Of a stretch of 64,000 bases of DNA, positions 11,000-21,143 are shown in pieces. The notes below the pieces were generated by a model. That model was not told the origin of the DNA. It made no database searches and saw only the letters and a program-made list of their open reading frames with translations. The stretch is from Microcoleus sp. (GTDB lineage Bacteria > Cyanobacteriota > Cyanobacteriia > Cyanobacteriales > Microcoleaceae): NCBI GenBank assembly GCA_042408215.1, contig JAYFMW010000028.1, forward strand, positions 128,001 through 192,000. Direction: 5' to 3'. Within the stretch, counting starts at the first letter, position 1. Each line of letters opens with the position of its first letter. The position numbers were made by a program, and so were the translations under genes.

Positions 11000-11053
11000 T
11001 CGATCGGGGAGAGTCCGTATCAGTTAATAGACACTGACACGGATACTAACCCC

Positions 11054-11233
11054 ATGCAAACTTACACACCATTTGCTTTACTGAGTCTTTTGGGCGTTAC
11101 TTTGAGCGCTACTGTCGATGGAGCTTTTGAATCCCTCGTCGGACTGCTCGAAATTGCCACCGCTCCATACATTTTATCCGCCCAAACTGCACAAAGGGGC
11201 GATCGTTCTCCAGAAAGAGGCAGCGGACGCTGA
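11054..11233 (+). CDS. patX: PatX-like RGSGR signalling peptide precursor, copy 1 (59 aa, ends in ERGSGR)
   Basis: Translated by hand: MQTYTPFALLSLLGVTLSATVDGAFESLVGLLEIATAPYILSAQTAQRGDRSPERGSGR*. Hydrophobic N-terminus, RGSGR motif, upstream of hetR. Confidence 0.88.
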   Translation: MQTYTPFALLSLLGVTLSATVDGAFESLVGLLEIATAPYILSAQTAQRGDRSPERGSGR

Positions 11234-11861
11234 GAGTTCATTGAGCCTCATCTTTACACTCATCCGCTACAAGCATTTTAATGACATTGGACGAAAGCGA
11301 TTTCCGTTATTGAGTTAGTTTTGACCGCCCGTGTCGAGCGCTCAATCTGATTTTCTGGGATGCTAGTTTTTCAGGTTCCCAAGGCAACTGCACTTCTTGT
11401 TTACAGTCAATAGGATCTTCTTTTGTGTGAGTGATGATAGCAGATAAAACTTCAACCGCCATCGATCGAGAGATTGACTCTCGTCTTTGGCGGTTTTGTA
11501 TATTATTGCAACCTTCTGGGTAGTGCAATTAGGAAGTTTTTACTGAAACCAGAGATTTTCTGCCATTTCACATCGACTTCTGACTGCTCTCATAGATCGG
11601 CTGCTACCCATCTAAAGTGTCTGTTGCTTCTCGACGGGGGAGAGGGTGAGAAAGGGAGAGGGCAAGAGAATTTTACGCTTTTTATACAAGGATTTTAGGA
11701 GACTATTTAAATGCGCGATCGCTTAACTAAAGCCTGATTCCTGATTCTGATTCCTGATTCCTTCTTCCTGATTCTATAGTTTGATAATTTCAGGGAAATT
11801 CATCCTGATCGGCCTGGGTAAATTCCGTATCTCTAAATAGACACTGACACGGATACTACCC

Positions 11862-12083
11862 ATGAAAACCTACACAGCAATTGCTTTACTGAGCCTTTTG
11901 GGCATGACCTTAAGTGCCACTTCCAGTGCAGCCGTTGAACCTCCAGCCCAAGGGTTCGAAACAGCTACTGCTCAATATATGTTGTCAGCGCAAACTCAAC
12001 AAAGCCCCGAGCGTGCTCCTAAGAGAAGCAGCTCCCGCAAAAATTTCATCGAGTCTAATGTTTCCACTCATCCGCTACAATAA
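11862..12083 (+). CDS. PatX paralog, copy 2 (73 aa; motif altered to KRSSSR)
   Basis: Colinear with copy 1 (MKTYTAIALLSLLGMTLSAT...ETATAQYMLSAQT...APKRSSSR); upstream and downstream DNA also duplicated. Confidence 0.8.
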   Translation: MKTYTAIALLSLLGMTLSATSSAAVEPPAQGFETATAQYMLSAQTQQSPERAPKRSSSRKNFIESNVSTHPLQ

Positions 12084-12533
12084 TTTTCATGGTACTGTAC
12101 GAAACCGATTTCCCCAACTCACTTGGTTCGGGCCGTTAATCCGATCGCTCGCTCTGATGAAATAGAATTATCGTTTTTCCATTTCAACGACAATTGCACT
12201 TTTTGTTGACAGTGATTAGGAGATTCTTTTGTGTGTGAGTAATGATAGCATATAAACTTTTAACCGCCATCTACCTAGAGATAGACTCTAGGGTGGGGCG
12301 GTTTTGTATTGAGAACAATTCAAATACCAATTACTACCGGATTATTCAGCGAATTTACAATAATTCATATTCTGTACGGATACAGTAATTCAAAGATCAA
12401 TCAGCTCTGAGTGCTGACGGGGTGCGATCGCGCTGGATGCCAAGGCGTTGGCGTGACAGAAAGGGAAATTAACTGGGATGAACAGTGGGCTTGCTGGCAA
12501 GCTTTTTGACGACAGTCGGCTATGCTTGAATCT

Positions 12534-12550
12534 GAGGGGTATTCACCCTC
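12534..12550. promoter_or_regulatory. Candidate HetR-type operator upstream of hetR
   Basis: GAGGGGTATTCACCCTC, an imperfect palindrome resembling the hetP HetR site GAGGGGTCTAACCCCTC (recalled); TATGCT at 12521-12526. Confidence 0.4.
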
Positions 12551-12677
12551 ATTACACGCCGAGGTGAGTTACTGTATCGGAAGCCTCTCATCTGTTGTGC
12601 AAGCAGATGGTGCTTTCATGTCTCCTCACCTTGCTCCGAAACGGGTTTCTTCAACTCCTGCTTGACTTAACAACTGA

Positions 12678-13950
<1,273 letters not shown>

Positions 13951-13983
13951 CCTTCTTCCTTCTTCCTTCAACATCTGCTATAA

Positions 13984-14862
13984 CTAAGCTAAAAAAGCTC
14001 TCCAGACTAAGGCTAAGATGATGGCTGCGATCGCTCCGATGAGTGTATTGACAAAATTCACCACCTCGTTGGTGAGCCACTCAAACTTTGATTGGACGGT
14101 TGCGCCAATCACGCTCTCGATGTTGGTGGCAATAAAAGCTGCAATAACACAAAAAGCAATTCCTGTCAAGTCTATTAAACCCACAGCCCAAGCTAAAAGT
14201 GCGATCGCGATCGAAGCTGCAATACCTGCGAGAGTTCCTTCTAAACTCACAGCCCCTTCGGTACCCCTAGGTACGGGCTTCAAGGTAGTAATCAAAAACG
14301 TCCGCTTCCCGTAAGCTTTACCAATTTCGCTGGCGCTGGTGTCGGAAAGTTTGGTGCAAAAACTGGCCGCGTAGCCCAGCAATAACCAGGAAATAACCTC
14401 TTGTGGGACAGGCAAAATTAAATTTTGTGGAACAGGCATCTTGCCTGTTTGTTGTAAAATACTGGCTGTCTCTCCTAAAATCTTGCCTGTCTCTCCTAAA
14501 ATAGAGAATCCCAAAACTCCCAAAGCACAAAGAGTAGCGGTTAAAGCAGAACCCCAAACATTTTCCGGGCCTCGTGCGCCGGAACGCTTTTCGGCTATGC
14601 CTTCTGCTTCTTTTTGGGCTTTACCGATACGAGTAACTCCCGATCCGACGAGAAAGTAGAACATCACCACAGCATAGCCTTGCCATCCCAAACAGCCCCA
14701 GATGGTGACACCCAACAGCCAGCCGTGAAATTGCCCAGCCGGAGTGAGCAATTTTTTGGGGACAATAGTGGCGATCGCCAGTAAAATTGTATTCAGGGCG
14801 ATCGCCACCAACCAAGGATTAGACCAAGACAAATAATTAAAGAACAATTCAGAATTCTGCAT
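13984..14862 (-). CDS. DUF92 / TIGR00297 family membrane protein with in-frame repeat insertion
   Basis: GARGPENVWGS, KLSDTSASEIGKAYG, PRGTEGAVSLEGT, ESVIGAT. Confidence 0.9.
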   Translation of the reverse strand: MQNSELFFNYLSWSNPWLVAIALNTILLAIATIVPKKLLTPAGQFHGWLLGVTIWGCLGWQGYAVVMFYFLVGSGVTRIGKAQKEAEGIAEKRSGARGPENVWGSALTATLCALGVLGFSILGETGKILGETASILQQTGKMPVPQNLILPVPQEVISWLLLGYAASFCTKLSDTSASEIGKAYGKRTFLITTLKPVPRGTEGAVSLEGTLAGIAASIAIALLAWAVGLIDLTGIAFCVIAAFIATNIESVIGATVQSKFEWLTNEVVNFVNTLIGAIAAIILALVWRAFLA

Positions 14863-14873
14863 TGAGTACCTCT

Positions 14874-15305
14874 ATGAACAAAGTCTTATTTCATCTTGCC
14901 TTTCCCGTGAGCGATATTGCTCAAACAAAAGCCTTCTACGTGAACGGACTCGGCTGCGAATTGGGTCGCGAATCCCCAAATTCTGTAATTATGGGTTTGT
15001 GCGGTCATCAAATAGTCGCCCACGTCAGCCACGAACCTTTGACACCCCAGCGAGGCATCTATCCCCGGCATTTTGGATTAATTTTTACTTCAGAAGCTGA
15101 CTGGGAAGGGTTGTTAGAAAAGGCAAAACAAAATAACTTGAACTTCTATCAAGAACCAAGACGGCGGTTTGTCGGTTTGCCTACAGAGCACCGCACTTTT
15201 TTCTTGGAAGACCCCTCTCACAATATACTGGAATTTAAGTATTACTGTGAAGCTGAAGCAATTTTTGGGCTGAGCGAATATGCTGAAGTCGGCGATGCTG
15301 TTTGA
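14874..15305 (+). CDS. VOC/glyoxalase family protein
   Basis: FHLAFPV, GHQIVAH, RHFGL, FFLEDPSHNILEFK; ATG 14874 preferred. Confidence 0.88.
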   Translation: MNKVLFHLAFPVSDIAQTKAFYVNGLGCELGRESPNSVIMGLCGHQIVAHVSHEPLTPQRGIYPRHFGLIFTSEADWEGLLEKAKQNNLNFYQEPRRRFVGLPTEHRTFFLEDPSHNILEFKYYCEAEAIFGLSEYAEVGDAV

Positions 15306-15534
15306 TTGCTCAATACGGTTTACTTAAGGCTTGGGAGGGTTTAAGATATTAAAAACACGAGGCTTCATTTTTATTCCAGTACCTCTGTGTTTAACTTCTT
15401 TGGATTTAAATTTTGAAACAGGTTTTTTCACAACTCTTGGGTTATTTCTCTCAACTCTTTGTGGCAAAGTCGCATCAATAATCTCCAAATTCAACCAAGT
15501 TAAAAAAAGGTGTTAAATATAGGGGCAACCAATC

Positions 15535-15855
15535 CTAGCAAAAATTGATAACTAAATCATAATTCTGGTGAACTTGATAAGCATAGTGCCACATATTTGC
15601 TAAAACAGAATTTCCCGGCATAGTAATGGGATCTGTGCGCTGTTGTTCTTGACAAGGAACCTGAAACGCCCCGTCAATTTGATGAATTTTAAATAAATCC
15701 ATCCGCGAACCTGCCGGAGCGACAATTTCTAATTCATGTCCTCGCTGATGGAGAGCTTTAGCTAAATTCAATATAGTTAATTCCACTCCTCCTCCTAATC
15801 CGGTTCCCAGGGGACCAACGGAGGTAGAAACTAACAGTATTTTGTAGGCTGCCAT
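15535..15855 (-). pseudogene. Truncated glycosyltransferase family 4 (N-terminal fragment)
   Basis: KILLVSTSVGPLGTGLGGGVE, RGHELEIVAP, YDLVINF, then a stop at 106 aa; no C-terminal nucleotide-sugar domain. Confidence 0.75.
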
Positions 15856-16139
15856 GGTGATGTTCCCAGTTTAGGCGATCGCGCTGAAACTATTTTACTA
15901 GAAATACAGCTTTTTATCTGCTGTCTTCTACCAATTTAAAACGAGTCTTGACAAGAAACACTTATATTGATACACTTACAAAGTGAAAAATTACTAATCT
16001 CAAAAAAGAATGACTGATTTGGATTTACGCGATCGCATCTAATTTTAAGTTCAATCATTGCACCAGATTCCCATTGACAAATATTGAAAATTTTGCTAAC
16101 CTGACTCTCAAGTATTTTTAAGATATCCCAAGGAAAGTT

Positions 16140-16958
16140 ATGACTCAGGACAAACCAATATTGTACGATCGATCCATATTTGATGGCCTTAATTTTAACA
16201 CCAGTCTGACTGACAATGGTAAATATCCAGAATTTTGTCAACAAGCAATTCAGGATGATTCCCTATTCAATGACTTTCGCAGAAATGAAACCTACAACTT
16301 CGCCTTGGAGCATGATTCTCAAAAGCAAGGCTTAGAGTATTTAGAAGTAGCGAAAAACTTAAAACTCTTTGCGGATTACATTGAAGAATTAAAACAGAAT
16401 GACACAGTGGGAAATCCCATCAAATTCAATTACGACCAAATTGGCGAAATTTCTCCCACAACTATTCGCTATATAAAAGTCCTCAGCGATATTGAGCGCG
16501 AGTTTGGGACATTGAATAATTTAAATGTTTGTGAAATTGGCGTAGGCTATGGCGGACTTTGCCGCATCATTGACAGCTACTTTAGGTCGGTGAAATCCTA
16601 CTGTTTGGTAGATTTACAACCCGTATTGGGGCTGACTCAAAAATATCTGAATCATTTCCAAATTAATACCTCAATTTCTTGCAAGACAGCCGAGGATTTG
16701 TCAGTCCAAGATCGGTATGATTTGGTAATCAGTAACTACGCCTTTACAGAACTTAGACGGGAAGTACAGGATATCTACCTAGAAAAGATTATTTTGAATT
16801 CTCAGAAGGGATATATCACCTACAATCAAATCAATTTTCTAGATTTCAATGGCTATAGCGTTGATGAGCTAATTGAAATAATCCCGAATGGGAAGATTTT
16901 GTATGAAATCGAAATGACTAACCCAGGAGATTGTATATTGGTTTGGTCGCAGAATTAA
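16140..16958 (+). CDS. Putative sugar O-methyltransferase (SAM-dependent)
   Basis: VCEIGVGYGG motif I, YCLVDL, YDLVISNYAFTEL. Confidence 0.8.
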   Translation: MTQDKPILYDRSIFDGLNFNTSLTDNGKYPEFCQQAIQDDSLFNDFRRNETYNFALEHDSQKQGLEYLEVAKNLKLFADYIEELKQNDTVGNPIKFNYDQIGEISPTTIRYIKVLSDIEREFGTLNNLNVCEIGVGYGGLCRIIDSYFRSVKSYCLVDLQPVLGLTQKYLNHFQINTSISCKTAEDLSVQDRYDLVISNYAFTELRREVQDIYLEKIILNSQKGYITYNQINFLDFNGYSVDELIEIIPNGKILYEIEMTNPGDCILVWSQN

Positions 16959-16989
16959 TTAGTCAGAATTTTCGCTTGGCAGGCTTTAA

Positions 16990-18066
16990 ATGAACGTCTC
17001 CATTATTATCCCAGCTTACAACAGTGCAGAAACAATTGCGGAAACATTGACCTCTGTTCAGGCGCAAACTGTTTCCCATTGGGAAGCTATTATAGTCGAT
17101 GATGGTTCCAGCGATCGCACAACAGAAGTTGCCAACCAGTTTGTCACAGATCGTCGCATTCGACTATTAAGCCAATCTAATCAAGGAGTAAGTGTAGCTC
17201 GAAATGCCGGAATAGCCTTGGCAAAATTTGATTGGTTATTATTTTTAGATGCAGATGACTGGATATCGCCATTATATCTAGAAAAGATGGCGGCAGCACT
17301 TCAGAAAGATCCTAGTTTAGATGCCATTCACTGCGGAGGAATTCGGATCAATCCTGACGGTATTACCATCCTAGAACAGTACGCTCCCCCATTGACAGAT
17401 TTATTTCCGGTCTTTGCCACTGGCTGTTCCTTGATGATTCATGCCTGCGTAGTTCGCAAAACAATTGTTGAGTCTTTAGGCGGATTTGATCCTTCTTTTC
17501 GTACTTCTGAAGATTGGGATTTGTGGCAGCGAATTGCTCGAACAGGAGCTAGATTTGGAGCAGTTAAAGAAGTATTGGTATTTTACCGTCAGCGGCCTAA
17601 TTCCCTCTCCAGAGATATTAATCATATCTTTGCCGACACCCTGCGCGTTGTTAACCAAGGCCATGAATTTGATGCTCGCGTAGCTAATCCCCATCCTAAC
17701 TATGTTCAAGGATTGCCAAAAGATGGTCTGGCGAGCTTACGATTGAAATGTTCACCTTGGTTTGCCGGATTTTGTATTAGTTTGGGAGAAAATCCTTTGC
17801 CACTACTGCAATTGGTGGCGAGCGATCGCGATCCTAATCTATTTCCCAGACATATTGTTGATACTATCTTTAAATCTATCATCGTCGCCACTTGTCAGCC
17901 GCCGGAGATTTGGCAACAATTATGGCCTACTGCCGAACCAGCTATTAAAGAATTTTTAGCAGCCTTAGAAACCCAATCTCAAACTATCGGTTTGGCTCAT
18001 AGCACCTATACGCTTTTAGAGCGGATGATTGTGGAGCAAATGGAAATAACTAAAAACCCTTGTTGA
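16990..18066 (+). CDS. Glycosyltransferase family 2; C-terminal extension apparently disrupted
   Basis: VSIIIPAYN, VDDGSSD, ARNAG, FLDADD, SEDWDLW; protein-like continuation in another frame to about 18320. Confidence 0.85.
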   Translation: MNVSIIIPAYNSAETIAETLTSVQAQTVSHWEAIIVDDGSSDRTTEVANQFVTDRRIRLLSQSNQGVSVARNAGIALAKFDWLLFLDADDWISPLYLEKMAAALQKDPSLDAIHCGGIRINPDGITILEQYAPPLTDLFPVFATGCSLMIHACVVRKTIVESLGGFDPSFRTSEDWDLWQRIARTGARFGAVKEVLVFYRQRPNSLSRDINHIFADTLRVVNQGHEFDARVANPHPNYVQGLPKDGLASLRLKCSPWFAGFCISLGENPLPLLQLVASDRDPNLFPRHIVDTIFKSIIVATCQPPEIWQQLWPTAEPAIKEFLAALETQSQTIGLAHSTYTLLERMIVEQMEITKNPC

Positions 18067-18312
18067 TTGGCAATACCTACGCTCTTGTTTTAGAGGTGAC
18101 TGAGCCAATTCCAGATCTGGATTTAACTCAGCAAGCCGAACGTTTTTACTGTATTGTCAAAATGTAGGGAATGAAGTTAGGGAGTATCGAGTTACTGATT
18201 GGGCATGGACAAATTTGTAGTTGGGTAATTCAGGATGCGATCTCCGCTCGTTTTGCTGGGCAAATTATGCAGCGATTTTTACAGAATACCCCAACCCAAA
18301 AACAGGAAATTT

Positions 18313-20493
18313 TTAGATGGAACGGAATTTATTTTTAGTGGCAGCATTTTTTAATAATAACCCCAAAACTTGCAAGTCTCCAGGGGTTTCTCGGCGCTGC
18401 CATTGACTAGGAGTGCAGAACAAAGTTTCGACTAAGTACCGTTGCTGATTTAAACTGAGATTTTCAAACTTGATTTGCAGTTGGGGAAATTCATGCTCTG
18501 TGGCAAAGTCGATCATCTCTCCTGAGAATTCGATTTGATCGTCGGTAAATTCTATTAATACAGGTTTTGGTAGCGAAAGATGGGCAATTTGCTGATTGAG
18601 GGTGACTTTGATGCCAAATTCGGAAATTTCGGTAGTGGCTCCAGATAAGTCCGAAAAATCTGTTTTTAACAACTTAATTGCGACTGGTTTTGATAATTTA
18701 AACCATTCAACGCTGACTTTAGGAGCATCTAGCAAACTAGCTAAGATACAGCTAATTAACAGCAAGTTGTAGGCACTCCAAATTATTCCGATTCCCGCTA
18801 ATTGATTTTGATTTGCGGAAAATTGATAGATAGTGCCGCCAAAACTTATCAGGTTGATAATTAACAATCCAATTAGGGGTAAGGCTAAATCCAAATGAAA
18901 AACTGAAGCATTTCGAGATACACCTTTGGGAGTAACTTTAAATCCTTCTGAAAAGGGATTGAGTAGGACTTTGAACAAATTGACAGATAAAGGGATGCAA
19001 TGGATGGAGGTGTAAATATCTCCAATTAAAAATGATTTGGTTTTGCGATTCAGCCAAGTATAGACAGTGAAATAAACTAAGTAATAGGGCAAGAGGAAAT
19101 AGAGAATTTCTGGCAAACTTGCCTGGATGGGAACAATTCCTAAAGTATAGAGAAAGGGCGTTAATAACAAGCAAAGGCGGGGTAAATCGCCAATCCAACT
19201 CAATAAGCCTTCTTCTAAATGAGTGATTCTTTGGATGAACTTTAATCCGGGAATCGTGCAAGGATTTTCTTTGATAAAGAAGCCTTGCAGCGTGCCTCTA
19301 CTCCAGCGCAACCGCTGAGTCAGGTTGCCAGTCATGTTTTCGGTTCCCAAACCAGCGCTGAGTTTTTCGTTTAAATAAACTGATTTGTAGCCTTGGGCGG
19401 AAAGACTAATTCCGGTGAAATAATCTTCGCTCAAAGAAGTGGTGACAAAACCACCGATTTTTTCAATGGCAGCGCGATTTAAAACTAGGGAACTGCCAGA
19501 TAATCCGGTACAATCTACGCCATCTCGCAGTAATTGATAGTGACTGTAATAGTTTTCGGTGGCGTGGGGCAGAACGTCGCTTAATCCTAGGTTGTAGGCA
19601 ATCAAATCAGCATTGTAAAAATCTTGACTGGTTTGTAAAAAGCCGATTTGGGGGTCTTGGAAAAAGCCGACGGTGCGGGTTAAAAAGTTTTTGGTGGGAA
19701 TAAAATCCACATCGAAGACTACAATTAGAGCGCTGTCGGTTTGAGCGATCGCATGATTCAAATTTCCCGCTTTGGCATATTTGTTGTCTGGTCTGGTAAG
19801 ATACTCGCAACCGAGTTTCTGGGCTAAACTCTTGATTTCTTCCCGGCGGGTATCGTCCAAAACATAGATTTTCTTCTGGGGATATTCCAGGGCTTGACAA
19901 CCGATGACGGTGCGCTGAATAATATGGGCGGGTTCGTTGTAGGTGGGAATTAAAATATCTACGACCGGAGTAAATTTTCCTGATGTAACTGCGATCGCAT
20001 TTTTTTCCGCTTCTTCCCGACGATCTTTGAATTGTAAGAGCAAAAAGGCTTGAAAGCCAATCCGAAAGGTAAAATATAATTCTACGATCAGGAGTAATAA
20101 ACTAAAAAAGCCATTTAAAGAGGTATTTAGGTTTAAACTGGCAAGCGATCGCCAGAGCAGATAACGCCCCATCAAACCTAGTAAGATTAATACCACTACC
20201 AACCGCGACCAGGGTTTTTGTTCGGGGGAAATCTTGGCGATCAATAAAACAGCCAAAAATAGCACTGCGGTGGGCAACCACAAATAATTGTTGCTAACTG
20301 CTGGTACGTGCAACCAAGTTGGGGGATGCTGCTGCCAAAAAGCGAGATAATTAAAAAATTGAGTAATTTCCGAAATGCCTGCTGCCCAAAGAACAAAAAC
20401 GCTCAAAATCAGAAAAGCGATCGCCAATAACACCAATGTTCCGGTTGGTGGGCGATACTCTTGGTTAGAGGTTTGTAAATCTGTGTTATTCAT
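18313..20493 (-). CDS. Processive GT2, cellulose synthase catalytic subunit-like (BcsA/CesA) with PilZ-like C-terminus
   Basis: VDILIPTYNE, LDD, AKAGNLN, FDVD, SED, QRLRW, FKVTPKG, multiple TM helices. Confidence 0.88.
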   Translation of the reverse strand: MNNTDLQTSNQEYRPPTGTLVLLAIAFLILSVFVLWAAGISEITQFFNYLAFWQQHPPTWLHVPAVSNNYLWLPTAVLFLAVLLIAKISPEQKPWSRLVVVLILLGLMGRYLLWRSLASLNLNTSLNGFFSLLLLIVELYFTFRIGFQAFLLLQFKDRREEAEKNAIAVTSGKFTPVVDILIPTYNEPAHIIQRTVIGCQALEYPQKKIYVLDDTRREEIKSLAQKLGCEYLTRPDNKYAKAGNLNHAIAQTDSALIVVFDVDFIPTKNFLTRTVGFFQDPQIGFLQTSQDFYNADLIAYNLGLSDVLPHATENYYSHYQLLRDGVDCTGLSGSSLVLNRAAIEKIGGFVTTSLSEDYFTGISLSAQGYKSVYLNEKLSAGLGTENMTGNLTQRLRWSRGTLQGFFIKENPCTIPGLKFIQRITHLEEGLLSWIGDLPRLCLLLTPFLYTLGIVPIQASLPEILYFLLPYYLVYFTVYTWLNRKTKSFLIGDIYTSIHCIPLSVNLFKVLLNPFSEGFKVTPKGVSRNASVFHLDLALPLIGLLIINLISFGGTIYQFSANQNQLAGIGIIWSAYNLLLISCILASLLDAPKVSVEWFKLSKPVAIKLLKTDFSDLSGATTEISEFGIKVTLNQQIAHLSLPKPVLIEFTDDQIEFSGEMIDFATEHEFPQLQIKFENLSLNQQRYLVETLFCTPSQWQRRETPGDLQVLGLLLKNAATKNKFRSI

Positions 20494-20650
20494 AAAATTC
20501 GATAATGGGAGCTTATCTACACAACAGACTTTCGCAAGTCTAAGGGGCGGGCCAACTTCACCGATTTCTGATGTCCTTGAACAACACTTTCTGCTGTTAC
20601 AGAAACATTTGTACGAAACTTTCCTTGTTTCTTTAGATTCACTTTGCTAG

Positions 20651-20710
20651 CGATCGCCCACTTGTCGGGTTCGATCGCCCACTTGTCGGGTTCGATCGCC
20701 CACTTGTCGG
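20651..20710. repeat. Three-copy 21-bp tandem repeat with HIP1-like core
   Basis: CGATCGCCCACTTGTCGG(GTT) x3. Confidence 0.85.
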
Positions 20711-20764
20711 TATGATTGAATCAATGACTTGGCGATCGACCGTCCTCACTCTTTTAAGATACAA

Positions 20765-20820
20765 GGGGCGGGTTCGCCAACAATATTTGGTTAAGATGGA
20801 TTATCTCATAAACCCGCCCT
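20765..20820. repeat. REP-like hairpin GGGGCGGGTT...AAACCCGCCC
   Basis: Same family as the units of the 55.4-56.3 kb array; sits at the point where avd is cut. Confidence 0.75.
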
Positions 20821-20877
20821 CACCACGTACCATTCGATCAAATCATAGGTTTTTTGAATAATTCGCAGTTCTTCCAT
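20806..20877 (-). pseudogene. avd: 5' fragment of DGR accessory protein Avd
   Basis: MEELRIIQKTYDLIEWYV resembles the cyanobacterial Avd N-terminus (M.EL.IIQKTYDLI.WY); the frame runs into a REP and stops. Confidence 0.72.
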
Positions 20878-20926
20878 TCGATTATATTACCACGTTGAGA
20901 GTCGTTTTTTTATAAATAAAAATCGA

Positions 20927-20941
20927 GCCACCGAAGGTGGC
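20927..20941. other. GAA-loop hairpin downstream of DGR-type variable repeat
   Basis: GCCACC-GAA-GGTGGC. Confidence 0.7.
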
Positions 20942-20998
20942 AAAAAAGTGAAAAATTAAGAAGTGTAAAGAGCAAGAGGGTAAAAGTGTAAAGAGCTA

Positions 20999-21058
20999 TT
21001 AAGTCCACGCAGCCACACACACAACACGAAAACCGATGAAGAAGTAGACATAGTCCGG
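20999..21058 (-). pseudogene. 3' end (variable-repeat region) of a DGR target, FGE-sulfatase/CLec type
   Basis: PDYVYFFIGFRVVCVAAWT*; GFRVVC terminus; codons GAC TAT GTC TAC TTC TTC all end in pyrimidine. Confidence 0.72.
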
Positions 21059-21143
21059 AAGCATGGCAATATTCGCACAGACAGTTTGCTCTCTGATGAA
21101 CTTGATGTTGAATATTCTCAGGAATTTGACGACGAGCTGACAT
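21057..21143 (-). pseudogene. 5' fragment of an HNH endonuclease
   Basis: MSARRQIPENIQHQVHQRANCLCEYCHAS (RA..CEYC), fused out of frame to the DGR target remnant. Confidence 0.7.

Noticed and set aside
11118..11318. 66-aa ORF, and the similar 11914..12165 ORF
   Set aside because: Out-of-frame overlaps of the two patX copies; they resemble each other only because the DNA is duplicated.
20910..21143. 77-aa ORF as an intact gene
   Set aside because: Chimera of an HNH 5' fragment read into DGR remnant DNA; no HNH catalytic core.
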